DNA from: Podarcis filfolensis
Lineage: Eukaryota
Strand: one strand, 5' to 3'
Length of the DNA: 64,000 bases
Assembly: GCA_964270895.1 (NCBI GenBank)
Contig: OZ185442.1
Position 1 is the first letter of the stretch. Each line of letters begins with the position of its first letter. The position numbers were made by a program, and so were the translations under genes. Below, piece by piece: positions 11,428-23,156 of this stretch. The notes under the pieces are model-generated. The model had not been told where the DNA came from. It did not search any database and saw nothing but the letters and a program-made list of their open reading frames with translations.

Positions 11428-12389
11428 TCATGTAATCTCTTGGGTGTGTGGTCAATCTTGGCAGGGCAGGGAGAACAGATACGTCTATGGCACTTTTGGG
11501 GGGGCATCACACAGAAATGCCCCCCCCGCTCTGTGGTAGAGAACCTATAACATGACCTGATTCTAGGGCTGACATACATCATGTTTTTGTATATATAAAA
11601 AAGCTCAACAACTTTTGGGGTGTCCTGGTTTTTACTTTCTGAAATATGGCAACCCTACCTGAATATATTTATTATATTTATATACTGCTTTCAGAAAAAT
11701 ATTTTTTCACAAAGCAGCTTACATAAAAAAAAGTAGCAGGCCCTTCCCTTTGACTTACCAACTAAAAGAAAGCAAGAGAAACAGGGGAGATGAGCCTAAT
11801 GTTGTGAGAACAGAGCATAAGTTGTACAAAAGCCTCCACATCCAGCTGAGGTTATGCTTCTTTTCTCACATAAAAGTGGTGTTGTATGCAACTGGCTCTT
11901 CATCGTCTGGTTGGTGACATAGGGCCAGAATGGCTTGCTCTTCCCTTGCCAAAGAGCAACAGGCAGTTGGAAGTGTTTTTTGTTGTTGTGGGAAAGGAGC
12001 AAGTTCTCTGAGGCTGCTCTGTCACTGGGTAGGACCAGGCTGGTCATCCGATTGCCATGGAGGCAGAGGGAGGGGGCAGGGATTGTCTCAACTCTACCCA
12101 GCTTTTCATGCTATGACAGAAAATTCTCCTCCACTCCAACCTGAGGTCTACAAGGCTCACAAGCTGCCAAAACAGATTTTACAAAGTTCTGCCTACTTGG
12201 CTGGAGCCCTTGAAGAGCAAAGCCACAAACAGCAAGAGTGTTACAGGGGAAACTACCAGTGTCCTACTGGTGTTTTGCAATATTGACCTGTTGCAGGACC
12301 TTAGCAGAGCATACGCAGAGTTCCAGAAAGCAATCAATTGCAGGCAGGATGGACGAAGCAGGAACAAGACGCTGCTACTAGTAATTTGA

Positions 12390-12760
12390 TTACTTAGAGG
12401 TGTTTATTATTTACAGCAGACTCTACAAGTTACTATATACAAGAACAGAAACAGATCTTAACTAGCTCTCTCATAACAAACTCCAAACGACTCTCAGAAC
12501 ACCACACTGATCAACAAACTATCCAGTCAGTAAGGTCATCAGTCATCATGCCTGTGTGAGACCTCAACCAAGGTCTCATATCTCCAGGCAGAATAATGCC
12601 TCTCTGCTCAGTCATCCTTGGCTTTCAGCCAACTCTTAATTGACTGTGTGAAGCTGCACAGAATGGCACGTAGTCAAAAAACCCAGTATGTCCAACTCTG
12701 CAGAGCCAAACCATATGCAATGATGCCTTTTTGCAACTCACTTTGGGGAAGGGGGAGAAA
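12390..12760 (-). mobile_element. Possible solo-LTR-like remnant
   Basis: Strongly CA-skewed tract with a minus-strand AATAAA near 12402; family not recognised and boundaries approximate. Confidence 0.25.
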
Positions 12761-13789
12761 GATCAGGATTGGGGTTCTGGGATTTAAAACAACCTATTTC
12801 CTAGGATTAAAACTCTGGTCTATGCAAGGATACCCTACCCCATGTAATTTTTGCTGGGAAAATGGCAGCAGAGGAAGATTAATACCAACATCCATTCTTG
12901 TTACATATCAGAAGTTTAAGAAGAGACTTCTTAAGATCATTGGCAGGCCCCTCCACAAGAGGTTCGGAGTGGCAGCACGAGAATGGTCCTTTTCTGCAAT
13001 GGCTTCCCATTTGTGGAATGGTCCTCTTTAACCAGGCCTTTGGCCGACTAACATCCGATGCCCTTTTAAAATGTGCTGTGGAAGGAGATATTATTGGGTT
13101 GTCTTTGATTTTATTTTTATTACATATTTTGTGTTTTGTACATTGTGATTTTATGTTCTGGACTGCCGAGATCTATGGGTGGTATACAAATTAAATAAAT
13201 TGGAAGAGCGCTGCTTGATCCGGCCATCAATCTGGTCCAACAACCTATTTTCAGAGTGGCCAATCCAATGCCTGCCAGAAGCCCCAAAGCAGCCACATGA
13301 AGGCAACACACTTGTGCTGTCCACTAACCTACTTGGAGGCCTCTCAGCCTTCACTACTGGCAGCACTGTACACAGCTGCCCTGGCTAGTATCCATTCTCC
13401 TTCTCCACGAATCTGCCTAAAAAGATTTGTTAAAGCCCTCAGAGTTGTGGGCCTCGCAACACACTTTAATTAGGCGAGGAGGAAGTAGCAGAGAGTTGGT
13501 CGGGCCTGAATCTTGCAACATTCAGCTTCACTGGCGGGGGTCCAACGTTATAAGAAAGGGTGGGGGGACTTCTTTGCCCGCTTTCTCCACCGCCGTGGTT
13601 TTAAGCACCTCTTTCACGCCTGCTCTCAGTTGCCCTTTTTATTTTCCTGAAGGAAACAGACCCCAATGGCACGTGGTTTCCCCCACCCAGGATGCTGCTT
13701 CTCCAACACTTTGGTCCCCCTCAGCCCCCCGTCTACTCTGGCCCCGCGGAGATGCCCCAGGGAAGCGGCCTTCCGAGAGGACCCCCCAC

Positions 13790-15130
13790 AAGCCAGGCAC
13801 CAGGAGCGGCTCCGAAGGGAGGCTGTGAAGACCCGCTTAGCAGCTGCACAACCGCCTCAGGCGCACCCCCGCTCTCCGGGTAGCCCGTGCGCATGCGCTT
13901 CCATCCAGGGTGGAGCGCTCGTCGACCTCCTAGCTGCCCCGTTACACTTCCCAAGGAATCGCGCCTGACGCCTGGCTCCTCGGCCACAGCAACCGCGCCC
14001 GACTTTTATTGGTCGTAGCTGACACGCTCCCTTCGCGGCGCCACCTTATGATTGGCCGAGCTGAGCTCAATATTGCCTTTAACCAATCCTTGTCGGCCGA
14101 TAGTTCTGCAGCGCCCCCTAGCCATCTCCTCCGCTTTGCGCCGCCTTCCAGCAACCACTTCCGAACACGGATTGGGTAACCTGGCCTTCGTCCCTACGCA
14201 GACGCAAAGGGGGAAAAATAATATCGCGCTGCCCCTCGAGGTGGGGATTGGACGAAAGCAGGGAGGCGGGCTCGAGCGCGGAGCTGGACACAGCCTGCGA
14301 TTGGGCCAGGGCTTCCTCGCGCGGGCGACCTAAGCGAGATCGAGGAGCCCCCGCCCCCTGGCCTTACGTCCGTCGCAGGGGAAGACGGGAAGAGAAGGGC
14401 CGCGACGTGAGCGCGCGACTCCCGGCGCCATTTTGTTTGGGAACCAGCGGAGGAGGTAGCTAGAGAAGCGCGAGCGGCTCAGCCAGGCGCCCGCCCCGGC
14501 CCCGAGACCCTCGCCCCCGGCCCGCCCCAGGTGAGAACCGCGCCATTCGCTCCAGGCGGCAAGGCCGGCGCTGGCGGAAGCCACCGGGAGGCCGAGCGGT
14601 AGTGGCGGTAGCGGTGGGCGGCCTGCGTCCCGCGTCTCTCCCGGCGTAGCCGGCGCTGAAGCGCTAAGCAAAGGAGTGGTGAGCTGGGCCTGCCCGTAGC
14701 TCGCCTGTCCCTGCACGTGTTGTCCCCTGTGGTGGGGCGAGGAGGCCTCCCGGAGACCCCCTGCCCCTCTCTCCCTCCTTCCCCTCTTGCGCCCCGAAGG
14801 CGAGTCCGGCCGCGGAATAAATAAAAGCCGAGGGTCGCTCGCGGCAACGGCGGGCTTCTGCCTGCCCCCAGGAGGCCGTCCCAGTTGGGCCGCCGAGGAA
14901 TTGTGAGGGGCCCCGTCCGCTCCGTTGGCCTGTCCTGCCCGCCCTCCGAAGCCGGAAGTGACTTGGGCCACTACTTGTGGGAGCGAACGAGGCAGGTCGG
15001 GAAGCGTTGTTGCTTGTTCAGAGGCTTTAGTTAATCCATGTCGAGGCGCCCGCCAGTCCCAGGTGTGCGCCGCCCTCGGGCTTCCTCAGCCGCTCCCGAA
15101 TCGTCTTGGAGGATACCCGTCAGAGGCTGC
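13790..15130. promoter_or_regulatory. CNOT1: CpG-island promoter of CNOT1
   Basis: High GC and CpG density; NRF1-type TGCGCATGCGC 13888-13898; six CCAAT/ATTGG boxes 14008-14304; YY1-type GGCGCCATTTTG 14424-14435; ETS CCGGAAGTG 14952-14960. Confidence 0.85.
14420..14530 (+). other. CNOT1: CNOT1 non-coding exon 1 (start approximate)
   Basis: YY1/initiator-like GCCATTTTG followed by a strong donor CAG|GTGAGA at 14530/14531; no ATG inside. Confidence 0.6.
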
Positions 15131-15593
15131 TACGATACAGGCGGAGAAAGAGCTTAATTCCCGTTTTTGTTCTTTTTTCCTCCTATCTCTGATCCACGAC
15201 GGACTTGAATCTGCTTATAGGTGCTATATCTGTTTCAAACGTCCTATAAACATCTTTACCGGGGATAGGCGGGGAGGTAGTGGGATCTTATTTCTGGCAA
15301 AAGTCTGTGGTCTAGTGCCCGTTTGGCCGGGCTTCTTTTGGCAGGTGAGACAGGCACTGGAATAATGCTTTCTGGTAACTTGAAGAATGATTTATTTGCT
15401 TGTCTTCATATTACAGAACTGAAACCATTATCTTTTCATGTGAACCGCATGGTTTCACCTATATGGGCTTGGACTTTTCTTGTGCCAAAAAAAGTGATCT
15501 AAAGTGTTGTTAATAAGAAAATAACTAAGCATATGGGAGAACAAGACTTACTGAAGTAGAACCTGCATAGCTTCTGCAAAGACAACTCTTGTC

Positions 15594-15915
15594 TTCCAGT
15601 AGCACCTTAAAGACCAACTAAGTTAGTTCTTGGTATGAGCTTTCGTGTGCATGCACACTTCTTCAGATACCTAAAGACCAACTAAGTTAGTTCTTGGTAT
15701 GAGCTTTCGTGTGCATGCACACTTCTTCAGATACCTAAAGACCAACTAAGTTAGTTCTTGGTATGAGCTTTCGTGTGCATGCACACTTCTTCAGATACCA
15801 AAAGCTCACGAAAGCTCATACCAAGAACTAACTTAGTTGGTCTTTAAGGTGCTACTGGAAGGAAAATTTTTGTTTTGTTTTGACTATGGCAGACCAACAC
15901 GGCTACCTATCTGTA
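15594..15915. mobile_element. Penelope-like element remnant: three 64-bp direct repeats plus an inverted copy
   Basis: Units start at 15608, 15672 and 15736; 15807-15860 is the reverse complement of 15594-15647; flanked by direct repeat AACTCTTGTCTT (15584-15595 and 15921-15932). Family assignment is from memory. Confidence 0.65.
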
Positions 15916-16059
15916 ACTGGAACTCTTGTCTTATGAAGCTTTTAAGAGTTCTTTGAGAATGTCAATAAACATAGTTAGAGGTGATCTGCTTACAGTACTT
16001 GCATTTCAAAAAGCTTATGACAAGTTGCCCCACCAAAGATTCCCAAGTAAACTTAGCAG

Positions 16060-16925
16060 TTATGGTATAAGAGGAATTGGTTAATAGGAAGCAAACAGTA
16101 GGAATAAACGGAAAGTTCTCTGAATGGAGAGCTGTAGAAAGTGGAGTTTTCCAAGGATTGATATTGTGCCTTTTAACTTGTTCATAGACGATCTAGAGAT
16201 GGGGTAAGCAATCAGGTGCCCAAAAGTTTTGCAAGAGCTTCAAAAAATATTCTCTAAACTGAGTGAATGGACTGTAAAATGGCAAATGCAATTCAGTGTG
16301 TAGAAAGTGTGATGCAAAAAATAATAATGCATCTATGCTCATGGAGTCTGAACTGGCAGTGACTGACCAGGAATGAGCCATTGGGGTCATAGTAGGTAAC
16401 TCAATGAGGATGTCTACCCCAGTGTGCAGCAGCTGTGGAAAAGGCATACTAGGGTGGAAAAATTAAAATCTTTCAGTATCATAGCGCCATTATACAAATA
16501 TATGGTATGATATGATGGAAGTTTATAAAATTATTCACAGCATGGATAAAGTGGGAAGAGAAAAGTTTTTCTCTCTGTGTCATAGCACTAGAACTCATGA
16601 ACATGCAGTGAAGCTTAGTGTTGGAAGATTCAGGATTGGCAAAAGGAAGTACAGTCATACCTCATGTTACGTTGCATGTTATGTTTTTTCATGTTGCGTC
16701 CTGCAGCAAACTGGAAGTACCGGAAAGGGTTACTTCTGGGTTTCGCTGCTCGCGCATGTGCACCTGCGCAGATACGGCACTTTCAGGTTGCGGGCTTTTC
16801 ATGTTGCGAACGGGCCTCTGGAACAGATCCCGTTCACAACCACTGTAATTCTTCACACAGTGCATAGTTAAACTGAAACCTGCTCCTACAGGAGACTAAT
16901 GGCAACCCATTTGAATGGCTTTTAG
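16060..16925 (+). mobile_element. Degenerate CR1 LINE 3' region
   Basis: RT-region and 3' end remnants (AGTGGAGT..CCAAGG, CAGTGTGCAGCAGCTGTGGAAAAGGC, TTCTTCACACAGTGCATAGTTAAAC), interrupted by a MITE. Confidence 0.7.
16652..16845. mobile_element. Tc1/mariner (Tigger-like) MITE
   Basis: TA|CAGT...CACTG|TA ends; similar to 18714-18939. Confidence 0.65.
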
Positions 16926-17934
16926 TGGCTACTGGCCATGATAGCTGTGGTTTGGCTCAAGTTAGAGGCAATAATGGATCCAACAACTTAGGCCTAATTT
17001 TTGTGTAAAGGAGTGGATTTAGCAGACCGATGAATTAGGAAGTTGCTGGTTCAAATCTCACTTTACCATGAATTAGCTAGACCATCTTGAGGAACAGCTC
17101 TTTCAGCTTTAGGATCCCAATAAAATTCAGCAAAAGTATTGGCTTCCTTTGCAGCACACTTGTAGTTAGCTCTACCTTGTAATCCTTGGCAGGTGGCAAA
17201 CTTTAGTGCTAAGTTATGTGATTTTCGAGCTGTATTCAGGATGTTCCATATTTAACTCATACAGGTTAAAGCATTTAACATCCGTCAACATTGTACGTAG
17301 TTCCATTTGTTCAACATACACAACAGGTACTACTAACCTTTACCCTTGATACTGCGTGTGAGGCAATAAACTAATATGGGTGGGGCAGAAGCTGCTGCAT
17401 GCTCATTTAGACATTTCGATCAGTTTATGTTGGCTACTCATGTTTTGTTTCCCACTTGTGTGCAATTCTCATCTTGCTCTCATTTTTCAAGAAGCTCTTC
17501 CTTTCACCCTTCCTCCCCCTCCCCCTTTTGAAACATTTAAATTTGTTTTATCTTACACATTCATCATGATTTTTTATTTTAATATGCTGTTAGTTTTTGA
17601 GAATACTAAGCTACTCAATTCTGCCTTTTAGATAATTAGATTTATATATTTATTTAAGGTGGCTTTGTGCCCCTGTGTGTCACAATGTGGTTTGAGTGGT
17701 AGTCCTACCAGTTGGTTAGTATCTGTGCAGAGTGGCTAATGCTTAAGTTGCTGAAAGCAGTTTTGTTGTAATCTAAATTGTAGTGTAGCTAGCCGATTCC
17801 TTTGTCTTAAACCTTGCTGCTTAAATGCTAAAAGTTCCCTAGCTGAATTTGGGCTAACCTCGATAGACTTTGACTACCCACTATGTATTTCACCAATATT
17901 GGCTACCCTCATGAAAATAAAATTAAAAAATCCC

Positions 17935-18008
17935 TTCCAGTAGCACCTTAGAGACCAACTAAGTTAGTTACTGGTATGAGCTTTTGTGTGCATGCACACT
18001 TCTTCAGA
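17935..18008 (+). mobile_element. Single copy of the Penelope-like repeat unit
   Basis: Near-identical to 15594-15667. Confidence 0.75.
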
Positions 18009-18713
18009 AAATAGTTTATTTCATGAAAATAATTTATTTGGCAAGTGGAAAGGTTTCTGTTCAGTTCTCATCTTCCTTGATCTCTCTGCCACCCCTTGAT
18101 TCAGCTGATCACAATTAAGTTGTGATTCCCTTTAAGCCCTAGGTCCTTGATTCTGTCCTCAGTTGATTCTCTTCCTAACTGGCTAATCATTGTTTATTTA
18201 GAAAAGTATATATATGTCGCTCTCAGAAAACATTGGGGTTTTATACATCAACATTATAGCAATCCTTTAAAAGCAGTACAGAACAATCATTAAAATGACT
18301 GGCTGCTCAAGAAAATGCTAAGCAATTGCATAGGCATTAAAAAGTCTTCAAGAGATGCTTGACAGTCAAAAGTAAGGGTGCCTGCCAAATCACTGCTGCA
18401 AAAGTGTTCCACAGCATGGGACACCAGTGACACCAAATGACTGACTTCTAGTTGAGGCCAGTCAGACTTCTAACACACAAGAGGAATGTCTTCCTCTGCT
18501 TTCTCAGTTTGTAGGGATCCCTTGGGGTTCTGTTTTTGGCCCTCTGCTATTTCTCTTGGTACATTCTTTTTGGGTAACCTCATCACATACTGTGGCTTTG
18601 CTACCACTTGTATGCTAATGCTGTACAGCTGTACCCCAAAAAAATATTTATTTCCCTCCAATCCCATATCACTTCTCTGATATTTCCACTGGGATGTGTC
18701 ATTGTTGCCAGTA

Positions 18714-18939
18714 CAGTGGACCCTCAGGTTATGTTACCTTTGGGTAACGTAACTTTCGGGTTGCGAATGCAGCAAAGTGTATACTTCCAGGTTTCACCGC
18801 ATGCGCAGAAGTGTTTTGTCACGCCGTGCGTGTGCGCAGAAACTTTGTGTGTGCAGTGTACGCAGAAACTAGATACAGACTTTTCGGGGTACGTACAGAC
18901 CCCTGGAATGAATTAAGTTCGTATCTGGAGGGACCACTG
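18714..18939. mobile_element. Tc1/mariner (Tigger-like) MITE
   Basis: TA TSD; TIRs CAGTGGACCCTC / GAGGGACCACTG. Confidence 0.75.
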
Positions 18940-19892
18940 TACATCCACAGCCAAACGTCTCATCTTTCCTCCCGTCTACCAATCTCATTTACACTTCCTC
19001 TATTGCCCACTTCATCAGGATGAAATCTTTGTTTCTCTGACTTTTTTTTTTTTTTTTGCTTTTGTCCCATATTCAGTCCATCCACAAATCAATGCCACTT
19101 CTCTCCATATATTACAGAATGATCATCTTTCTTCAGCAGAATTTCAGGCCTTGCAATCTTTTCCGCATTGGGCTTGGAAGTGGCCTGTAAAAACTGAAAG
19201 CAAACCTGGTGAAGATTTCAAGATTGCCTTGTAAACATGAAGCAATTTTATCATTTCATAAGTTTGGAATCTATATTGGCAGGACAATAACCTATTAAGA
19301 AACCTACAATGCTAATGATAAGCTTCCGTCAAGAGAGGCAAATGCCAATGAACAGATCATTTAAAATTATTTTTAAAAATTGTATATTTGCTTAAAACAA
19401 TAATTGGGAGTTGGTACTTGGGTACACATCTTATACATGACACTTCATGCTGTTGAAAGTGTAAATAAACTCCTGTGTTCTCATTAACAAGTGAAGACTA
19501 TTCATAATTCTATAGATCTGAATAAAATAGTCTTTTGCTCCGATTGGACTCATTGACTGTATTTGGACAATACACTAAACAGGGATTTTAGTGTTCTTTG
19601 GCTTGTGCACTACTTCCCTCTTCCAGTGCAACCTAGAGGAGGAAGTCGAAAGCACTTGTTTTTTATTCCACCTTGGAGTGGCTTGTTATGCCCAAACTAG
19701 GGCCAAATGTGGTTAGTTTTAACTCTGGTTGGTTTGTCTGAATAGGGCAACTTCAGACTGTGGCTTATGATGCTGGCTTTGAATAGCCACAAGCCTACCT
19801 GTAGCCCCAGATTGACTTTCAATACCATTTTCTCCCATGCCACGCTCACCTATGACTTCAGGTGTGGGGCAGGTACTGCTGTGGCTCTAGAG

Positions 19893-20023
19893 CAGCCTTT
19901 CTCAACCTGTGCATCCCAAAATGTAGTTCAACAACATCACTCCTAGCTAGCAAGGCCAGAGCTCAGGGATGATGGGAGTTGTAGTCCAACAACATCTGGG
20001 GACCCACAGGTTGAGAACCGCTG
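19893..20023. mobile_element. hAT-type MITE
   Basis: TIRs CAGCCTTTCTCAACCTGTG / CACAGGTTGAGAACCGCTG; perfect 8-bp TSD CTCTAGAG at 19885-19892 and 20024-20031. Confidence 0.85.
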
Positions 20024-20523
20024 CTCTAGAGAAACAATTGAGAGCATTACCGTGATCTGCCACTTGTTCCTTTTAGCTCCCAAATGCAGATGATCCTTGA
20101 CTCGCTTTCATTGCTGAATTGAAATTCAATGTCAAATACAAGCCCTCCTTTTGGAAGGGTAAGTGGCAGAATATTCTTCTGCGGAATAAACTTCCTCTGC
20201 AGTCCCAATTTTAATTAAATTTGGGGCTGGAAAGTATCCAGAGTGTACTTTGAGTGCTCTTTGATTCTTCAGTTGAAGGTTCACAGATGGTGTGGCAGTT
20301 TTGGATTCAGCCCTCGGGGCCGGATCTAGTTCCTGACCCCTGAAATAAACTAGTTCAAACTGCCTTTAACAGCCTTATCAAATCTGCAACCTTTTGCTTG
20401 CAAAGCAAGTGCTTTCCCATAAAACTCTGGCCTGTACCATCATTACATTTACGATTGCTTAGTTATACATGACCAGTCACTAGCAAATAGATTATGTATA
20501 ATCATTGCTATTTTGTCTTGCAG

Positions 20524-20612
20524 GTGCCATGGTTCAGAACAGAGTGAGAATACTGGGAAAGAAGAGCTGAACATACAGCATAAATTGATTATATAGGCTA
20601 ACTGGAAAAAAA
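20524..20612 (+). other. CNOT1: CNOT1 exon 2, 5'UTR part (truncated by the assembly gap)
   Basis: Pyrimidine tract plus CAG acceptor at 20523; resembles the vertebrate CNOT1 5'UTR as recalled; runs into the N gap. Confidence 0.65.
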
Positions 20613-20816
20613 NNNNNNNNNNNNNNNNNNNNNNNNNNNNNNNNNNNNNNNNNNNNNNNNNNNNNNNNNNNNNNNNNNNNNNNNNNNNNNNNNNNNNNNN
20701 NNNNNNNNNNNNNNNNNNNNNNNNNNNNNNNNNNNNNNNNNNNNNNNNNNNNNNNNNNNNNNNNNNNNNNNNNNNNNNNNNNNNNNNNNNNNNNNNNNNN
20801 NNNNNNNNNNNNNNNN
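20613..20816. other. Assembly gap (204 N)
   Basis: Run of N flanked by A-runs. Confidence 1.
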
Positions 20817-22249
20817 ATTAAAAAAAAATGAAAAGGGTATCCACAACTTAGTTTGTACTGTTTATATTCCTACTTCTCACTGCTTGATTGGTTTAGTTGC
20901 TAGAACAATCTTCCCCAACCTGGTAATCTCCAGATGTTGTGGATTACAGCTCTGACCACTGACCATGTTAACTGGTTGATGTGATTTGTAGTGCAAAACA
21001 CCACAGGCCACTAAGATCTTACTATATTTTGCTGGCTGGGAGTTGACAATTGTCAAGTTTATTAAACTCTAAGTTTCATATCTTATTTATCCTGTTATTT
21101 CGTCTTTTTTTGTTTGTTTGTACCTGAATTGATTTACGACATTGGCTTTAATTACGCAGTGGTCCTGTAGAGTTATTGCTCATTTCCATGTTTATAACAG
21201 AGTTCTTTTGAGTATTTAAAATCAGCCTGTCCTGACCTTCTTGCAATGTCTTATAGTAATTTAATGCAAAATTAAATTGGCAATACTTAGTTCATTCTAG
21301 GGTGAATTTATTGCAAGTGTTATTACTGTCTGTTTTCCTTATTAAATGAAAATTGTTCATTCTAGCTTGTATTTTTCATAGTTACAAAAGTAGTTGCCTC
21401 TTTCTTTTTTTGCATTCCTTTTTTGAATGGTTAGATTTTTTAAAAAGGGGAAAAAAAGAATTGAGGCTGGTACTGGTGGTGGAAATGATGGTGAAAATAG
21501 TGAAGTGAACCTTCAAGTTTGCAGTTCCCTGCCCAGTGTGGCTAGTAATGTCATTTAATTCTCAACCTGGATGAGATATGAAAAAGTGAATGTGGAAGAA
21601 GTGTAGCATGAAGCATGAAGAACAATTACTCCAGGGCAACATCTTTGTGGCACCATATGCCCATGTTGTTGCTGCCCTAGTTTTCCTGCAAACTTTTGAA
21701 GCTGGCAGAGGGTTTTTGGTTAGCGGTGTGTTCTGGTCTTCCTCACTTGAAGGGTCTTATACTCAGTACTACTTAGAAGTATGCTACTTTGATCCTTGTT
21801 TACATCCAACTTTCAAATGATTTTTAACTTCTATGTTTAAGGTCTTTAAATAACTGATTCTTTTGTAAAGTTTTAAATTTTCATTTTATAGTGTATATAA
21901 TACGGAGAACAATTATAATAGACCAAAATTAAAACATGAAAAACAAAACTATAAAATATGCACGTAGCAGGGGGAAATAAGACTTTTCATATTGCAAGCA
22001 GACCATAAGCGATGCAAAAAAAGAATTTGAGGATGACAGCTGCTAAAAACAAAAATCAACAACCATAAAATACTTGAGTAGTTAGAGACCATCTAGGTAG
22101 ACAGCTGGACCTTTGAACAGTAAAGGAGTCAAAAGCTGTCAAAAGGAAGAAAAGGTGAATGCAGAGAAGCTGAGTGAATTCACAGCAGAAGATATAAGGA
22201 AAGCCCCTGTGCTTAAACTCACGTTTGCTCTTTCTTCATTGACAAAGTA

Positions 22250-22608
22250 AGCTGTTGCATCTTCTTTAAAAGAAGCTACAAGTCAGCCCAGCCTGGATCC
22301 AGATGATATTAACTATAGGCCAGTGGCTAATGTTTCCTTATCAGTTTATTGCAGTGCACTATATGGGGTTCCCCTTGAAGATGGTTTGGAAGCTGCAACT
22401 GGTGCATAATATAGCAGCTAGCTAGGTTACTGCTGGGTGTTACTGCTGGTCCTGAAAGATTTTGTGCTGGTTGCCAATTTGCTGCTGAGCCCAGTCTAAG
22501 ATGTTAATATAAAAAGCCCCAAACAACTGAATACTGGTGACAAATGAGAGGGCTGCCGCCCAGAGTGGCTGGGGAAGCCCGGCAAGATGGGTGGAGTATA
22601 AGTAATAA

Positions 22609-22660
<52 letters not shown>
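22250..22660 (+). mobile_element. L2-type LINE fragments ending in a (TTA)n tail
   Basis: RT-like remnants (GATATTAACTATAGGCCAGT; GAAGCTGCAACTGGTGCA) and a 3' end followed by an (ATT)n run at about 22610-22661. Confidence 0.65.
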
Positions 22661-22663
<3 letters not shown>

Positions 22664-23014
22664 TTCCCTTCTGGGGTGTGTCATTGTAACATTTTCAGTG
22701 TCAAGTTAAGACATGCTTCTTTACCAAGCCTTTCAGGCAAGTGGATGCTTTCCCTTCTGCTGTATTGCTGCACTCCTGTTTTGTTGCTCTTGTGATTTTG
22801 TTTAGTTTTCTGAATTTAGCTTACAATTTTAATGAACTATATATTGTTTTCAACTGATATTTTGTATAAAATTTCCATGTCCATTTGGTGATGTGTGGGG
22901 CTGTAAGTATTTTTTAAAAAAGAAAATTGTAAATAAATCCTTCCTCACAAAGTGATCAAGAGAGTAGGGGCCTGCTCATTCTAATTATTCTTAGATGAAT
23001 CTGATTATCTAGAA

Positions 23015-23156
23015 CGGGGTCGGAAACCTCTGACCCTCCAGATGCTGCTGAACTACAACTGTCATCAGTCCCAGTAAGCATGGCTAGTGGCCAGGGTCAG
23101 GGATGATGGGAGTTGTAGTTCAGCAACATCTGGAGCGCCACAGTTCCCCGCACCCG
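23015..23156. mobile_element. hAT-type squamate MITE
   Basis: Same family as 10810-10939 (CTACAAC...GGGAGTTGTAGTT hairpin core). Confidence 0.75.

Noticed and set aside
11930-12286. 118-aa intergenic ORF
   Set aside because: No homology recognised, no splice or promoter context, and its length is within chance expectation.
14330-14971. 213-aa minus-strand ORF and other ORFs across the CpG island
   Set aside because: Stop-poor GC-rich sequence with low-complexity G/A/P/R translations and no recognisable domain.
15608-15799. Regular 64-bp repeats resembling a CRISPR array
   Set aside because: The units are contiguous with no unique spacers, the context is a vertebrate intron, and the unit recurs as a dispersed and an inverted copy, which fits a retroelement remnant.
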